DNA of 64,000 nt, taken from the NCBI GenBank assembly GCA_036785375.1, contig JAWMAR010000094.1, forward strand, positions 6,820,001 to 6,884,000. The letters run 5' to 3'. This stretch comes from Leucoraja ocellata (Eukaryota). Of this stretch, positions 38,605-52,599 are shown one piece after another; the stretch's first letter is position 1; every line of letters starts with the position of its first letter. The translations under genes were made by a program, and so were the position numbers. The notes under the pieces are model-generated. The model was not told the DNA's origin, ran no database searches, and saw only the letters and a list, made by a program, of their open reading frames with translations.

Positions 38605-40830
38605 TTAAAAGCTTCAAACAGACTCACAACCACGAGACAGCCTTCATTGTTGCGGGTGACTTCAATCACTCCAACCTGAAGACTGTACTCCCCAAATTCC
38701 ACCAACATGTCTCCTTCGCCACTAGAGAAGACAAGACACTGGACAAAGTCTACACTAACATTGCTGAAGCTTACAAAGCTGTCCCCCTCCCCCAACTTGG
38801 TCAGTCTGATCACCTTTCACTGTTCCTGCTCCCAAAGTACTCCCCACTTATCAGACGGGTTAAACCCACTTTGAGGACCCTGACTCCCACACGAACATTG
38901 ATTCCTATGCATCCTCTGTTCTGGAACTTATAAACTCCGCCATCAACAGTGTCACCTCCCTCAAGCGGGTGACCATATTCCCGAATCAGAAGCCATGGAT
39001 GAACTGCGAGGTCAGGCTACTGCTGAAAGCACGGGACACCGCTTTCAGGTCAGGTGATGCTCGAGCCTACAGTTCATCCATGGCTAACCTGAAGAGGGGC
39101 ATGAAGATGGCCAAGCACTGCCATAAGCTCAGAATTGAGGAGCACTTCAAAAACAACTCCGACCCCCGACGCATGTGGGAAGGCATCCAGGCCATCATGA
39201 ACTACAGACCCTCCACCATCACCCCGACATCCAGCGACGCCTCCTTCCTTGAGGAGCTTAATCACTTCTATGGCCGCTTCGACAGGGACAATCTAGAGAC
39301 AGCCATCAAGGCTGTGCTACCTGCTGATCACCAGCCCCTCACACTCACCCCCTACGACGTATACGTGACACTGAGTAGGACTAATGCACGTAAGGCTGCT
39401 GGCCCTGACGGCATCCCCGGGTGCGTGCTCAGGGCCTGTGCTACGCAGCTGACAGACATCTGAACTGACATCTTCAACCTGTCACTTGCCCAAGCAGTTG
39501 GCCCCACTTGCCTTAAAACCACCTCCATCGTGCCAGTGCCAAAACACTCCACTGCGGCAAGCCTCAATGACTTCCGCCCAGTTGCACTTACTCCCATCAT
39601 CACCAAGTGCTTCGAGAGGCTGGTCCTGGCACACTTCAAAGGCTGCTTACCCCCCACATTGAATCCCTATCAGTTTGCCTACCGCAAGAACAGGAGTACG
39701 GAGGATGCCATCTCAATGGCACTTCACTCCGCCCTCTCCCACCTCAACAACAGAGACACTTACGTAAGAATGCTGTTCATCGATTACAGCTCAGCATTCA
39801 ACACCATTATACCCTCTAAACTGATCACGAAACTCGGTGACCTGGGCATCGACCCCTTCCTTTGCAACTGGATACTGGACTTTCTAACCAACAGACCACA
39901 GTCTGTTAGGTTAGACAAGCACACCTCTTCAACCCTCACCCTGAACCCCGGTGTTCCACAGGACTGTGTGCTGAGCCCCCTCCTCTACTCCCTCTTCACC
40001 TACGACTGCACACCTGTACATTGTACTAACACCATCATCACGTATGCAGACGATACAACGGTGATTGGCCTCATCAGCAACAACGATGAGTTGGCCTTTT
40101 GGGAGGAGGTCCAGCTCCTAGCAGCATGGTGCGCTGACAACAACCTGGCCCTTAACTCCAAGAAGACCAATGAGCTCATTGTAGACTTCAGGAAGTCTAG
40201 GGGCGGCACGCAAACCCCCATCCACATTAACAGGATGGAGGTGGAACGTGTTTCCAGCTCCAGGTTCCTGGGGATCAACATCTCCGATGACCTCTCTTGG
40301 ACCCACAATACCTCAACTCTGGTCAAGAATCCTCACCAGCGTCTCTTCTTCCTGCGGAGACTGAAGAAGGTCCATCTGTCTCCTCAGATTCTGGTGAACT
40401 TCTACCGTTGCACCATCGAGAGCATCCTTACCAACTGTATCACAGTGTGGTATGGCAACTGCTCTGTCTCCGACCGGAAAGAACTGCAGAGGGTAGTGAA
40501 AAGTGCCCAACGCATCACCGGTTCCTCGCTCCCCTCCATTGAGTCTGTCCAAAGCAAGCGTTGTCTGCGAAGGGCGCTCATCATCGCCAAGGTCTGCTCT
40601 CACCCCAACCATAGACTGTTTACCCTCCTACCATCTGGGAGAGACCCCCCCCCAGACGTCCTCCCACCAGGAAAAACACTATGACTGTATGCATGTAAAT
40701 AGATTTATTTATTGCACATATCCTATGTCGCTCTTCCAGGGAGATGCTAACTGCATTTCATTGTCTCTGTACTGTGCACGATAGTACAGTATAATGACAA
40801 TTAGAGTTGAATCTGAATCTGACTCTGAAT
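38605..40830 (+). mobile_element. Rex1/Babar-clade LINE, 5'-truncated, defective
   Basis: [46 protein letters not shown]; (GAATCT)n tail. Confidence 0.92.
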
Positions 40831-41157
40831 CAAAGTGCAAGCTACTATCCACATTCTCTTCCCTCTTTATCAGCATGCGTAAGGAAGTGTATATAGTGCA
40901 AAAGAAAAACAACATCAGGTACAAATTTAATATGGAAGTTGCAGGAAGGCATAATTGTGTAATAAAATTTATCAGCTCCTCCTGCATCCCCCATTATTAT
41001 CCCTGCTAAAATAAATTTCAAATGTCGCAAATGAATTTGTCTTGATTTACATTCTAAACAGAAACCAAACAGCACATTGTTGCTGTTTCTTTACAATTCT
41101 CAACAATCCTCACAACATAATTAATTATCTTTACATTCCTTTGGCTGAAAGAGCCAT

Positions 41158-44100
41158 TATAACCATATAACCATATAACAATTACAGCACGGAAACAGGC
41201 CATCTCGGCCCTACAAGTCCATGCCGAACAAATTTTTTTCCCCTTAGTCCCACCTGCCTGCACTCGTACCATAACCCTCCATTCCCTTCCCATCCATATG
41301 CCTATCCAATTTATTTTTAAATGATACCAATGAACCTGCCTCCACCACTTCCACTGGGAGCTCATTCCACACCACCACCACTCTCTGCGTAAAGAAGTTC
41401 CCCCTCATATTACCCCTAAACTTCTGTCCCTTAATTCTGAAGTCATGTCCTCTTGTTTGAATCTTCCCTATTCTCAAAGGGAAAATCTTGTCCACATCAA
41501 CTCTGTCTATCCCTCTCATCATTTTAAAGACCTCTATCAGGTCCCCCCCTTAACCTTCTGCGCTCCAGAGAATAAAGACCTAACTTATTCAACCTATCTC
41601 TGTAACTTAGTTGTTGAAACCCAGGCAATATTCTAGTAAATCTCCTCTGTACTCTCTCTATTTTGTTGACATCCTTCCTATAATTTGGCGACCAAAATTG
41701 TACCCCATACTCCAGATTTGGTCTCACCAATGCCTTGTACAATTTTAACATTACATCCCAGCTTCTATACTCAATGCTCTGATTTATAAAGGCTAGCATA
41801 CCAAAAGCTTTCTTTACCACCCTATCTATATGAGATTCCACCTTCAAGGAACTATGCACGGTTATACCCAGATCCCTCTGTTCAACTGTATTCTTCAATT
41901 CCCTACCATTTACCATGTATGTCCTATTTTGATTTGTCCTGCCAAGGTGTAGCACCTCACATTTATCAGCATTAAACTCCATCTGCCATCTTTCAGCCCA
42001 TTTTTCCAAATGGCCTAAATCACTCTGTAGACTTTGGAAATCCTCTTCATTATCCACAACACCCCCTATCTTGGTATCATCTGCATACTTACTAATCCAA
42101 TTTACCACACCTTCATCCAGATCATTGATGTACATGACAAACAACAAAGGACCCAACACAGATCCCTGAGGCACCCCACTAGTCACCTGCCTCCAACCCG
42201 ATAAACAGCCATCCACCATTACCCTCTGGCTTCTCCCATTCAGCCACTGTTGAATCCATCTTGCTATTCCTGCATTTATACCCAACAGTCGAACCTTCTT
42301 AACCAACCTTCCATGAGGAACCTTGTCAAAGGCCTTACTAAAGTCCATATAGACAACATCCACTGCTTTACCCTCGTCAATTTCCCTAGTAACCTCTTCA
42401 AAAAATTCAAGAAGATTAGTCAAACATGACCTTCCAGGCACAAATCCATTTTGACTGTTCCTAATCAGACCCTGTTTATCTAGATGCTTATATATATTGT
42501 CTCTAAGTATCTTTTCCATTAATTTGCCCACCACTGAAGTCAAACTAACAGGTCTATAATTGCTAGGTTTACTCTTAGAACCCTTTTTAAACAATGGAAC
42601 AACATGCGCAGTACGCCAATCCTCGGGGACTATTCCCGTTTCTAATGACATTTGAAATATTTCTGTCATAGCCCCGGCTATTTCTACACTAACTTCCCTC
42701 AATGTCCTAGGGAATATCCTGTCAGGACCTGGAGACTTATCCACTTTATATCGACTAGAATCTTTGGTGCTAAAAAGCTGTACATGAATTGGAACATGCC
42801 AATATATACTAGGTACCTAAAAAGGTACCATATTATTGTACTTACTTCTAATAAAAATAAAACATAAAAAAAAAGGAATCTTTGGTGCTGTGGGGACCAA
42901 TGTGCAGAATTCGTAATCTGCTGTGTGGGCAATAATGTCAGCAGGGACATTATCTGGGAGACTTTTCTAATTTCTTTCTTAAGATTCTTTTAACATTCTT
43001 GATACTCCTCAAGCACCTCATTTAATCCATGCTGCCTATAATTGTAGATCTCTCTCTTTTTCCGAACCGTCCAATTTCCCTTGGCTCTTTCCAATTTTTA
43101 CTCTTTCCTTTCAACCGAACAGGAAAGATTCTGTACTCTTAAAATTTCACCTTTAAATGTCTTCCATTTCTCTTCTACATTTCCATTTCCATTTCTCTTC
43201 TACATCCTCCCCATGAAACAAAAAGACCCAATTCACTCCATTTAAATCCTTTCGCATCTCCTCAAAGTTAGCCTTTCTCCAATCAAAAATCTCAACCCTA
43301 GGTCCAGTTCTGACCTTCACCATAATTATATTGAAACTAACGGTATTGTGATCACTGGACCCGAAGTGCTCCCCAACGCATACCTCTGCCACCTGACCTG
43401 TCTCATTTCCTAACAGGAGGTCCAGCATCGCCCCTTCTCTAGTAGGTACCTCTATGTATTGCTGCAAAAAACTATCCTGCACACATTTTACAAACTCCAA
43501 ACCATCAACCCCTTTTACAGAATGTGTTTCCCAGTCTATGTGTGGAAAATTGAAATCTCCCACAATCACTACCTTGTGCTTACTACTAATATCTGCGATC
43601 TCCTTACATATTTGCTCTTCCAATTCTTGCTCCCCTTTTGGCGGTCAATAATACACCCCTATAAGTGTTGCTACCCCTTTCCCATTTCTCAGTTCCACCC
43701 AAATAGCCTCTCTAGATGAGCCCTCTAATCTATCCTGCCAAAGCACTGATGTAATATCTTCCCTGACAAGCAATGCAGCACCTCCACCTCTTGCCCCTCC
43801 AATTCTCTCACACCTGAAGCAACGAAATCCTGGAACATTTAGTTTCCAATCACAGCCCTCCTGCAACCATGTTTCACTGATCGCCACAACATCATACTTC
43901 CAGATGTCAATCCATACTCTAAGCTCATCCACCTTTATTACAATGATCCTAGCATTAAAATATACACATTTAAGAAACCCACCACCTCTTATTCTCTGTT
44001 TATTATCTTTTTCTTCTTTCCCCCCTACATGTTGGGTCCAAGTGCTTCCCTTCTCTGACTCCTGCCTCACACACTGACTACTAGCTTTCCCTATTTGAGT

Positions 44101-45238
44101 CCCTCCCCCCAACCGTTCTAGTTTAAAGTCTCCCCAGTAGCCTTTGCAAATCTGCCCGCTAGGATATTGGTCCCCCTTGGGTTCAAGTGCAACCCGTCCT
44201 TTCTGTACAGGTCACACTTTCCCCAAAATAAGACCCAGTGATCCAGAAACTTGAATCCCTGCCCTCTGCACCAGTCCTTCAGCCACGCATTTATCCCCCA
44301 CCTCGCTCCATTCCTACTCTCACTGTCTCGTGGCACAGGCAGTAATCCTGAGATTATTACTTTTTTGGTCCTTCTCCTTAACTCTCCTCCCAACTCCCTA
44401 AATTCTCCTTTCAGGACCTCTTCTCCTTTTCTACTTATGTCATTGGTACCGATATGTACCACGACCTCGGGCTCCTCTCCCTCCCATTTCAGGATTTCTT
44501 GGACGTGTTCAGACACATCCCAGACCCTGGCACCAGGGAGGCAAACTACCATCCGGGTCTCTTGACTGCGTCCACAGAATCGCCTATCCGACCCCCTAAC
44601 TATAGAGTCCCCTATTACTATTGCCCTCCTCTTCTTTTCCCTACCTTTCTGAGCAACAGGGCCGGTCTCTGTGCCGGAGACCCGGCCTCTGTCACTACCC
44701 CCAGGTAAGCTTCCCCCCCCCCCCCCCCCTACCGTACTCAAACGTGAGAACTTATTTTCAAGGTGTCCAGCCACTGGGGTACTCACTAGTCCCTGCCTCT
44801 GCCCCTTGCCCTTCCTAACTGTGACCCACTTGTCTGCCTCCCGTGGTCTTAGAGTGACCACCTCCCTATAACTCCTCTCTATAACCTCCTCATTCTCCCT
44901 GACCAGACAGAGGTCATCAAGCTGCTGCTCCAGGTTCCTAACACAGTCCATTAGGAGCCCCATCTCGACGCACCTGGTGCAGATGTGGACGTCTGGAGGG
45001 CTATCACACTCCATGACCTCCCACATCTGACATCCAGAACAGTAAACTGCCCCGGCCCTCATTCTCCCCCCTTATCCTGGATCCAATTCAAAGCCTTATC
45101 CGGGATACAAGCCAATCAGCTGCTTCCTCTAGACCGCTTCCACCGATCAGCGGCTTCCTCAAGCCCACTTAATTTGAAGTGTGATCTGCGAATGGAACGT
45201 TGCAGAGTCCCTCACCAATGGCTCCTGGGCCTCTGTTC
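41158..45238 (-). mobile_element. near full-length CR1 LINE copy 1 (ORF1 zinc finger + SGNH esterase; ORF2 EN-RT)
   Basis: ORF1 44118-45062 (CxxC..CxxC, GDSIVRG, HIGTND, DGLHL). EN 43153-44112, RT 41524-42744 (YADD). Possible short TSD AATGG. Confidence 0.95.
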
Positions 45239-45504
45239 CATTTGTTTAATATTATGTTGGCCAACCATATTCTCTCATTTTTTATTTACAATGCCATTTT
45301 TATGTTTTCCTTGACCCAAATAACACATATGCAGTATCGAAGCTCCCATGTACCGGAACTCGCAAATGTTCCGAATCTCCCACATGAACCGAAACTCCCA
45401 CTTTACTCTTATCCCGAGCCCATCCTATTACCGGCTCAATAACGGCTTAATACTTCAGACAGCCTACTTAGTCTGATTCACCAATCCCAAAAATGGTCTT
45501 ACCT

Positions 45505-48500
45505 TATAACCATATAACCATATAACAATTACAGCACGGAAACAGGCCATCTCGACCCTTCTAGTCCGTGCCGAACACATATTCTCCCCTAGTCCCATAT
45601 ACCTGTGCTCAGACCATAACCTTCCATTCCCTTCCCGTCCATATAACTATCCAATTTATTTTTAAATGATAAAAACAAACCTGCCTCCACCACCTTCACT
45701 GGAAGCTCATTCCACACAGCCACCTCTCTGAGTAAAGAAGTTCCCCCTCATATTATCCCTAAACTTCAGTCCCTTAATTCTCAAGTCATGTCCCCTTGTT
45801 TGAATCTTCCGTACTCTCAGTGGGAAAAGCTTTTCCACGTCAACTCTGTCTATCACACTCATCATTTTAAAACCCTCTATCAAGTCCCCCCTTAACCTTC
45901 TGTGCTCCAAAGAATAAAGCCCTAACTTGTTCAACCTTTCTCTGTAACTTAGTTGCTGAAACCCAGGCAACATTCTAGTTAATCTCCTCTGTACTCTCTC
46001 TATTTTGTTGACATCCTTCCTATAATTAGGTGACCAAAATTGTACAACATACTCCAGAATTGGCCTCACCAATGCCTTGTACAATTTTAACATTACATCC
46101 CAACTTCTATACTCAATGCTCTGATTTATAAAGGCCAGCACACCAAAAGCTTTCTTTACCACCCTATCTACATGAGATTCCACTTTCAGGGAACTGTGCA
46201 CAGTTATTCCCAGATCCCTCTGTTCACTTACATTCTTCAATTCCCTACCATTTACCATGTACGTCCTATTTTGATATGTCCTGCCAAGATGTAGCACCTC
46301 GCACTTATCAGCATTAAACTCCATCTACCATCTTTCAGCCCACTCTTCCAACTGGCATAAATCTGTCTGTAGACTTTGAAACTCTACTTCATTACCCGCA
46401 ACCCTACCTATCTTAGTATCATCTGCATACCTACTAATCCAATTTACCACACCATCATCCAGATCATTGATGTACATGACAAATAATAGTGGACCCAACA
46501 CAGATCCATGTGGCACCCCACTCGTCACTGGCCTCCAACCTGACAAGCAACCATCCACCATTACTCTGTGGCATCTCCTATTCAGCCACTGTTGAATCCA
46601 TCTTGCTACTCCACCATTAATACCTAACCATTGAACCTTCTTAACCAACCTTCCATGAGGAACTTTGTCAAAGGCCTTACTGAAGTCCATATACACAACA
46701 TCCACTGCTTTACCCTCATCAATTTCCCGAGTAACATCTTCAAAAAATTCAAGAAGATTAGTCAACCATGACCTTCCAGGCACAAATCCATGTTGCTGTT
46801 CCTAATCAGACCCTGTTTATCCAGATGCTTATATATATTATCACTAAGTATTCTTTCCATTAATTTGCCCACCACTGACATCAAACTAACAGGTCTATAA
46901 TTGCTAGGTTTACTCTTAGACCCCTTTTTAAACAATGGAACAACATGCGCAGTATGGCAATCCCCCTGCACTATTCCCGTTTCTAATGACACTTGAAATA
47001 TTTCTGCCATAGCCCCTGCTATTTCTACACTAACTTCCCTCAATGTCCTAGGGATTATCCTGTCCGGACCTGGAGACTTATCCACTTTTATATTTCTCAA
47101 AAGTGTCAGTACTTCCTCTTCTTTGAGTCTCATAGTTTCCATAGCTACTCTACTTGTTTCCCATACCTCACATAATTCAATATCCTTCTCCTTGGTGAAT
47201 ACCGAAGAAAAGAAACTGTTCAATATCTCCCCCATCTCTTTTGGCTCTGCAGATAGTTGTCCACTCTGACTCTCTAATGGACCAATTTTATCCCTCGTTA
47301 TCCTTTTGCTATTAATATAGCTGTAGAAACCCTTTGGATTTACTTTTACTTTACTTGCCAAAGCAACCTCATATCTTCTTTTAGCTGTTCTAATTTCTTT
47401 CTTAAGATTCTTTTTACACTCTTTATACTCCTCAAGCACCTCATTTACTCCATTCTGCCTATAATTATTGCAGATCTCCCTCTTTTTCCGAACCAAGTGT
47501 CCAATTTCCCTTGAAAACCATGGCTCTTTACAATTTTTACGATTTCCTTTCAACCGAACAGGGACATAAAGATTATGTACTCTTAAAATTTCACCTTTAA
47601 ATGTACTCCATTTCTCTTCCACAACTTTCCCATAAAACAAACTGTCCCAATTTACTCCTTTTAAGTCCTTTCGCACCTCCTCAAAGTTAGCCTTTCTCCA
47701 ATCAAAAATCTCAACCCTAGGTCCAGTTCTGTCCCTCTCCATAATTATATTGAAACTAATGGTATTGTGATCACTGGACCCGAACTGTTCCCCAACGCAT
47801 ACCTCTGCCACCTGACCCATCTCATTTCCTAACAGGAGGTCCAGCACCACCCCTTCTCTAGTAGGTACTTCTATGTATTGCTGCAAAAAACTATCCTGCA
47901 TACATTTTACAAACTCCAACCCATCCAGCTCATTTACAGAATGTGTTTCCCAGTCTATGTGTGGAAAATTGAAATCTCCCACAATCACTACCTTGTGCTT
48001 ACTACTAATATCTGCAATCTCCTTACATATTTGCTCTTCCAATTCTCGCTCCCCATTTGGCGGTCTATAATACACCCCTATAAGTGTTGCTACCCCTTTT
48101 CCATTTCTCAGTTCCACCCAAATAGCCTCCCTAGACGAGCCCTCTAATCTATCCTGCCAAAGCACTGCTGTAATATCTTCCCTGATAAGCAATGCAACAC
48201 CTCCACCTCTTGCCCTCCCAATTCTATCACACCTGAAGCAACGAAATCCTGGAATATTTAGTTTCCAATCACAGCCCTCCTGCAACCATGTTTCACTGAT
48301 CGCCACAACATCATACTTCCAGGTGTCAATTCAGACTCTAAGCTCATCCACCTTTCTTGCAATGCTCCTAGCATTAAAATATACAAATTTAAGAAACCCA
48401 CCCTCTCTTATTCTCTGTTTATTGTCTTTTTCTTCTCTCTCCCCTACATTTTGGGTCAGAGTGCTACCATTCTCTGCCCCCTGCTTCACACACTGACTGC

Positions 48501-49655
48501 TAGCTTTCCCAATTTGAGTCCCTCCCCCCAACCATACTAGTTTAAAGTCTCCCCAGTAGCCTTTGCAAATCTCCCCGCTAGGATATTGGTCCCCCTTGAG
48601 TTCAAGTGCAACCCGTCCTTTCTGTACAGGTCGCACCTTCCCCAAAAGAGGTCCCAATGATCCAGAAACTTGAATCCATACCCACTGCACAAGTCCCTCA
48701 TCCACGCATTTATCCTCCACCTCGCTCCATTCTTACTCTCACTGTCGCGTGGCACAGGCAGTAATCCTGAGATTGTTACCTTTCCAGTCCTTCTCCTTAA
48801 CTCTCTACCTAACTCCCTAAATTCTTCTTTCAGGACCTCTTCTCTTTTTTTACCTATGTCATTGGTACCTATATGTACCACAACCTCAGGCTCCTCTCCC
48901 TCCCATTTCAGGATTTCTTGGACCCGTTCAGACACATCCCTGACCCTGGCACCAGGGAGGCAAACTACCATCCGGGCCTCCTGTCTGCGTCCACAGAATC
49001 GCCTATCCGACCCCCTGACTATAGAGTCCCCTATTACAATTGCCCTCCCCTTCTTTTCCTTACCCTTCTGAGCAACAGGGCTGGTCTTTGTGCCAGAGAC
49101 CCGGCCGCTGTCGCTGCCCCCAGGTAGGCTGTCTCCCCCACCCTTACTCAAGCATGAGTACTTATTTTCAAGGTGTACAGCCACCGGGGTACTCACCAGT
49201 CCCTGCCTCTGCCCATTGCACTTCCTAACTGTGACCCAGTTTTCTGTCTCCCGTGGTCTTGGAGTGAGCACCTACCTGTAACTCCTTTCTATGACCTCCT
49301 CGCTCTCCCTGAGCAGACAGAGGTCATCGAGTTGCTGTTCCAGGTTCCTGACACGGTCCCTTAGGAGCCCCATCTCGACGCACCTGGCGCAGATGTGGAC
49401 GTCTGGAGGACACTCCGACTCCATGACCTCCCACACCTGACATCCAGAACAGTAAACTGCCCTGGCCCTCATTCTCCCCCTTATCCAAATACAATAAAGC
49501 CTTACCCGGGATACAAGCCAATCAGCTGCTTCCTCTGGTCCGTTCGACCAATCAGAGGCTTCCACCAGCCTTCTTAATTTGAAGTGTGAGCTGCGAATGG
49601 AACGTTGCAGATTTTGGTTCCTCCTCCCTCTGTAACGGCTCCTGGGCCTCTGTTG
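45505..49655 (-). mobile_element. near full-length CR1 LINE copy 2
   Basis: Same architecture as copy 1 (ORF1 about 48537-49471, ORF2 about 45707-48400) with a few stops and frameshifts. Confidence 0.95.
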
Positions 49656-49866
49656 AGACAAGCCCCGCGATGGGTTTTTACCTTGTGTTGTCTGTTCCGA
49701 AAGATCTTGGCAGGGAACCAGATCACTTCGGACGAAGGGCCACAGTGTTCCCCGGTACTCTGAGGAGTTCAAACACAAGGGGTCTGATAATGCACTTTCT
49801 TTCCCCCTTCGAGAAACCGGCCAAACTGTAGCCAATTACTCAGTCTTCAGCGATTGTTTCAAGCAG

Positions 49867-49884
49867 ATCCTGCCGACTGCACCA
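49867..49884 (-). promoter_or_regulatory. retroviral primer-binding site, tRNA-Ser
   Basis: TGGTGCAGTCGGCAGGAT is 16/18 identical to the complement of the vertebrate tRNA-Ser(AGA/TGA) 3' end as I recall it (TGGCGTAGTCGGCAGGAT). Directly follows the LTR end. Confidence 0.8.
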
Positions 49885-49885
49885 A

Positions 49886-50260
49886 CATTGTGGTTGGTTC
49901 CTCTCAAACAGACAAAAATGCAAATAAAATCAGTAGTCAAGCATTGAAATCTTTGTATCGCCAGAAGGGTGTGGTAAGATTCTTACAGTATGTAGATACA
50001 GACTCTGCAGAGTAATCCCACACAAAGGGACAGTGATTAAGTACATTTATTTATACGCCAATAATCATTAATTCAGCAACACCTTATCTACAGTGCATAG
50101 TACAGCCTCTTGCATCTTTTGCATCTTAAAATTGGCAGCTTCTTAAGATTGACAGGTTCTTCCCAGAGAGGAAGGGTTAGCCATGTATGGTTATATGAGA
50201 AGGCTATTTTTCTGCAGAACAAGCATTTTGTTTTGTTTTTTACTGAATGACGCACATTAT
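49886..50260 (-). mobile_element. 5' LTR of the endogenous retrovirus (U3 truncated at a CR1 insertion)
   Basis: Homologous to 30417-31190; followed by the PBS. Confidence 0.8.
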
Positions 50261-50264
50261 TCAG

Positions 50265-50607
50265 CACACGGCTTGTACTCACCAGAATTTAGAAGATTGA
50301 GGGGGGAACTTATAGACACTTACAAAATTCTTAAGGGGTTGGACAGGCTAGATGCAGGAAGATTGTTCCCGATGTTGGGGAAGTCCAGAACAAGGGGCCA
50401 CAGTTTAAGGGTACTTTTAGGACCGAGATGAGAAAAACATTTTTCAGACAGAGAGTGGTGAATCTGTGGAATTCTCTGCCACATAAGGTAGTTGAGACCA
50501 GTTCATTGGCTACATTTAAGAGGGAGTTAGATGTGGCCCTTGTGGCTAAAGGGATCAGGGGGTATGGAGAGAAGGCAGGTACAGGATACTGAGTTGGATG
50601 ATCAGCC
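50265..50607 (+). mobile_element. CR1 3' fragment
   Basis: GLYSPEFRRLRGELI motif and CR1 3' UTR. Confidence 0.85.
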
Positions 50608-51279
50608 AACCACCTAGAACGAGAGAGTTCTACAAGGTACCTTGATATTCAGTGGACCTGTGCCGAGTCCCCAAGATAAACAAAATAACTTTAATTCAAT
50701 GTCTGCAGTATGCCATTTGCACTTATTTATATTGCACATTTATTATTGTACCTTAATAACATACCTCAAAATTTACTACACTCTGGCACACTGTGAATAT
50801 TTTATATAATGTATATGTCCTGTCTATTTTTATTGGTATATAGTCTGTCTGTGTTATAAATATTACTTGCACATTTGGAGTATGGGGAAACGCAATTTCA
50901 ATCCTCTGTGTAACTACTTGTTGCATTATTTGAATTGACAATAAAGTTTACTTTACTTTACTATAACACAGTGGGATCGCTGTTTACCAGAACCCGCTGA
51001 TGTCAGATTACTTTGGTGGTTTCAAGATCAGGCGTTTCCACAACCTACAGGGTGCAGATCACGATGGCGCTGGAATAACCACTGTCTGTCTGTATGAGTG
51101 TGATTCAGACAAAACAAACTCAATGCCATCCAGTGTAAAGTAGCCCCATGAAAATCCCCATGGTTACCCGTCCAGGGCACTCCGGTAACTGAAATCAATC
51201 CGTGGCCATGAATATAGGCATGCAAATAGCACCATTTGCATGTTCCCCTTATCCTGACTTGGAACACATTGTAATACCT

Positions 51280-51950
51280 TCCAGTGACCAGTGGGGTACC
51301 GCAAGGCTCGGTGCTAGGACCGCAGCTATTTACAATATACATCAATGATTTAGAGGAAGGGATTCAAAGTAACATTAGCAAATTGGCAGATGACAAATCA
51401 GACAAACGCTGGGTGGCAGTATGAACTGTGAGGAGGATGCTATGAGAATGCAGGGTGACTTGGACAGGTTGGGTGAGTGGGGCAGATGCATGGCAGATGC
51501 AGTTTATTGTGGATAAATGTGAGTTCATCGACTTTGGTAGCAAAAATGGGAAGGCAGATTATTATCTAAATGGTGTCAAGTTTGGAAAAGGGGAAGTACA
51601 AAGGGATCTGGGGGTCCTTGTTCATCAGTCACTGAAAGTAAGCATGCGGGTACAGCAGGCAATGAAGAAAGCGAATGGCATGTTGACCTTCATAACACGA
51701 GGAGTTGAGTACAGGAGCAAATACTGTAGGTCCTTTTGCAGTTGCACAGGGCCCTAGTGAGACCACACCTGCAGTATTGTGTGCAGTTTTGCTCCCCTAA
51801 TTTGGGGAATTATATTCTTGCTATTGAGGGAGTGCAACGTAGGTTCACAATGTTAATTCTCGGAATGGTGGGACTGTCATAGGCTGAGGGAATGGAGTGG
51901 CTGGGCTTGTATACTACTCCTACACAGCCTACTCCTGCACGTATTGTCTA
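51280..51950 (+). mobile_element. CR1 RT fragment
   Basis: [28 protein letters not shown] motifs. Confidence 0.85.
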
Positions 51951-52403
51951 TTGCCGTTACTGGTTCTGTACCTGTTAATATCACTCATTTGATAAGATGG
52001 AAAATTTCTGTTTAAAATATCTGTGAAACCTGCTTGGCATCTCTTGCAAAAAGCTACAAGACCACGAGGACCATGGCTCCTGAAAATCTGTGGCCTGGGA
52101 AGGGGTAGAATAGAGGTTGATATCTAGATGGCCGGCAATTGTTAATATGTATTTGATTTTGCAGAAGGAGCTAGGTCCTGTTGCAAAAGCTTGGGATTGG
52201 TTGGAGAAATGTTATGTCTCAACTATGTTGCAGATTCTGTTGCAGTACCTTACTCCCGTTACTTTTGATTGGTCCAGGAGTGTGGCCTCACTAAAGATGT
52301 TTCCTTCTTTAGTGATGATGTTTTTTTACTTAATGGAAATGTTTCTCCCTAAGTGCTATATGTTGAAAGAGCCACGTGTGTGAGAGCCGCTGATCTGCGT
52401 CAC

Positions 52404-52499
52404 CAAAGATACTAGAGGAGCAAGATGCCGCACTCAGCGGAAAACGCATAGTATGTCGTGTGTGATGGTCGAGGCCATTTTACTGGACTGCCCCCACAC
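52404..52499 (+). mobile_element. left terminus of outer P-family element (continues at 62914 to beyond window end)
   Basis: CAAAGATACTAGAGGAGCAAGATG...AAAACGCATAGTATGTCGTGTGTGA...GCCATTTT is a diverged copy of 52500-52580. Confidence 0.8.
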
Positions 52500-52599
52500 C
52501 AAAGATCCTAGAGGACCAAGATAGACCACTCCTCGAAAAACGCATAGTATGACGTGTGTGACCGTCGACGCCATTTTGTTAAGCATTTATTGGGCTGTA

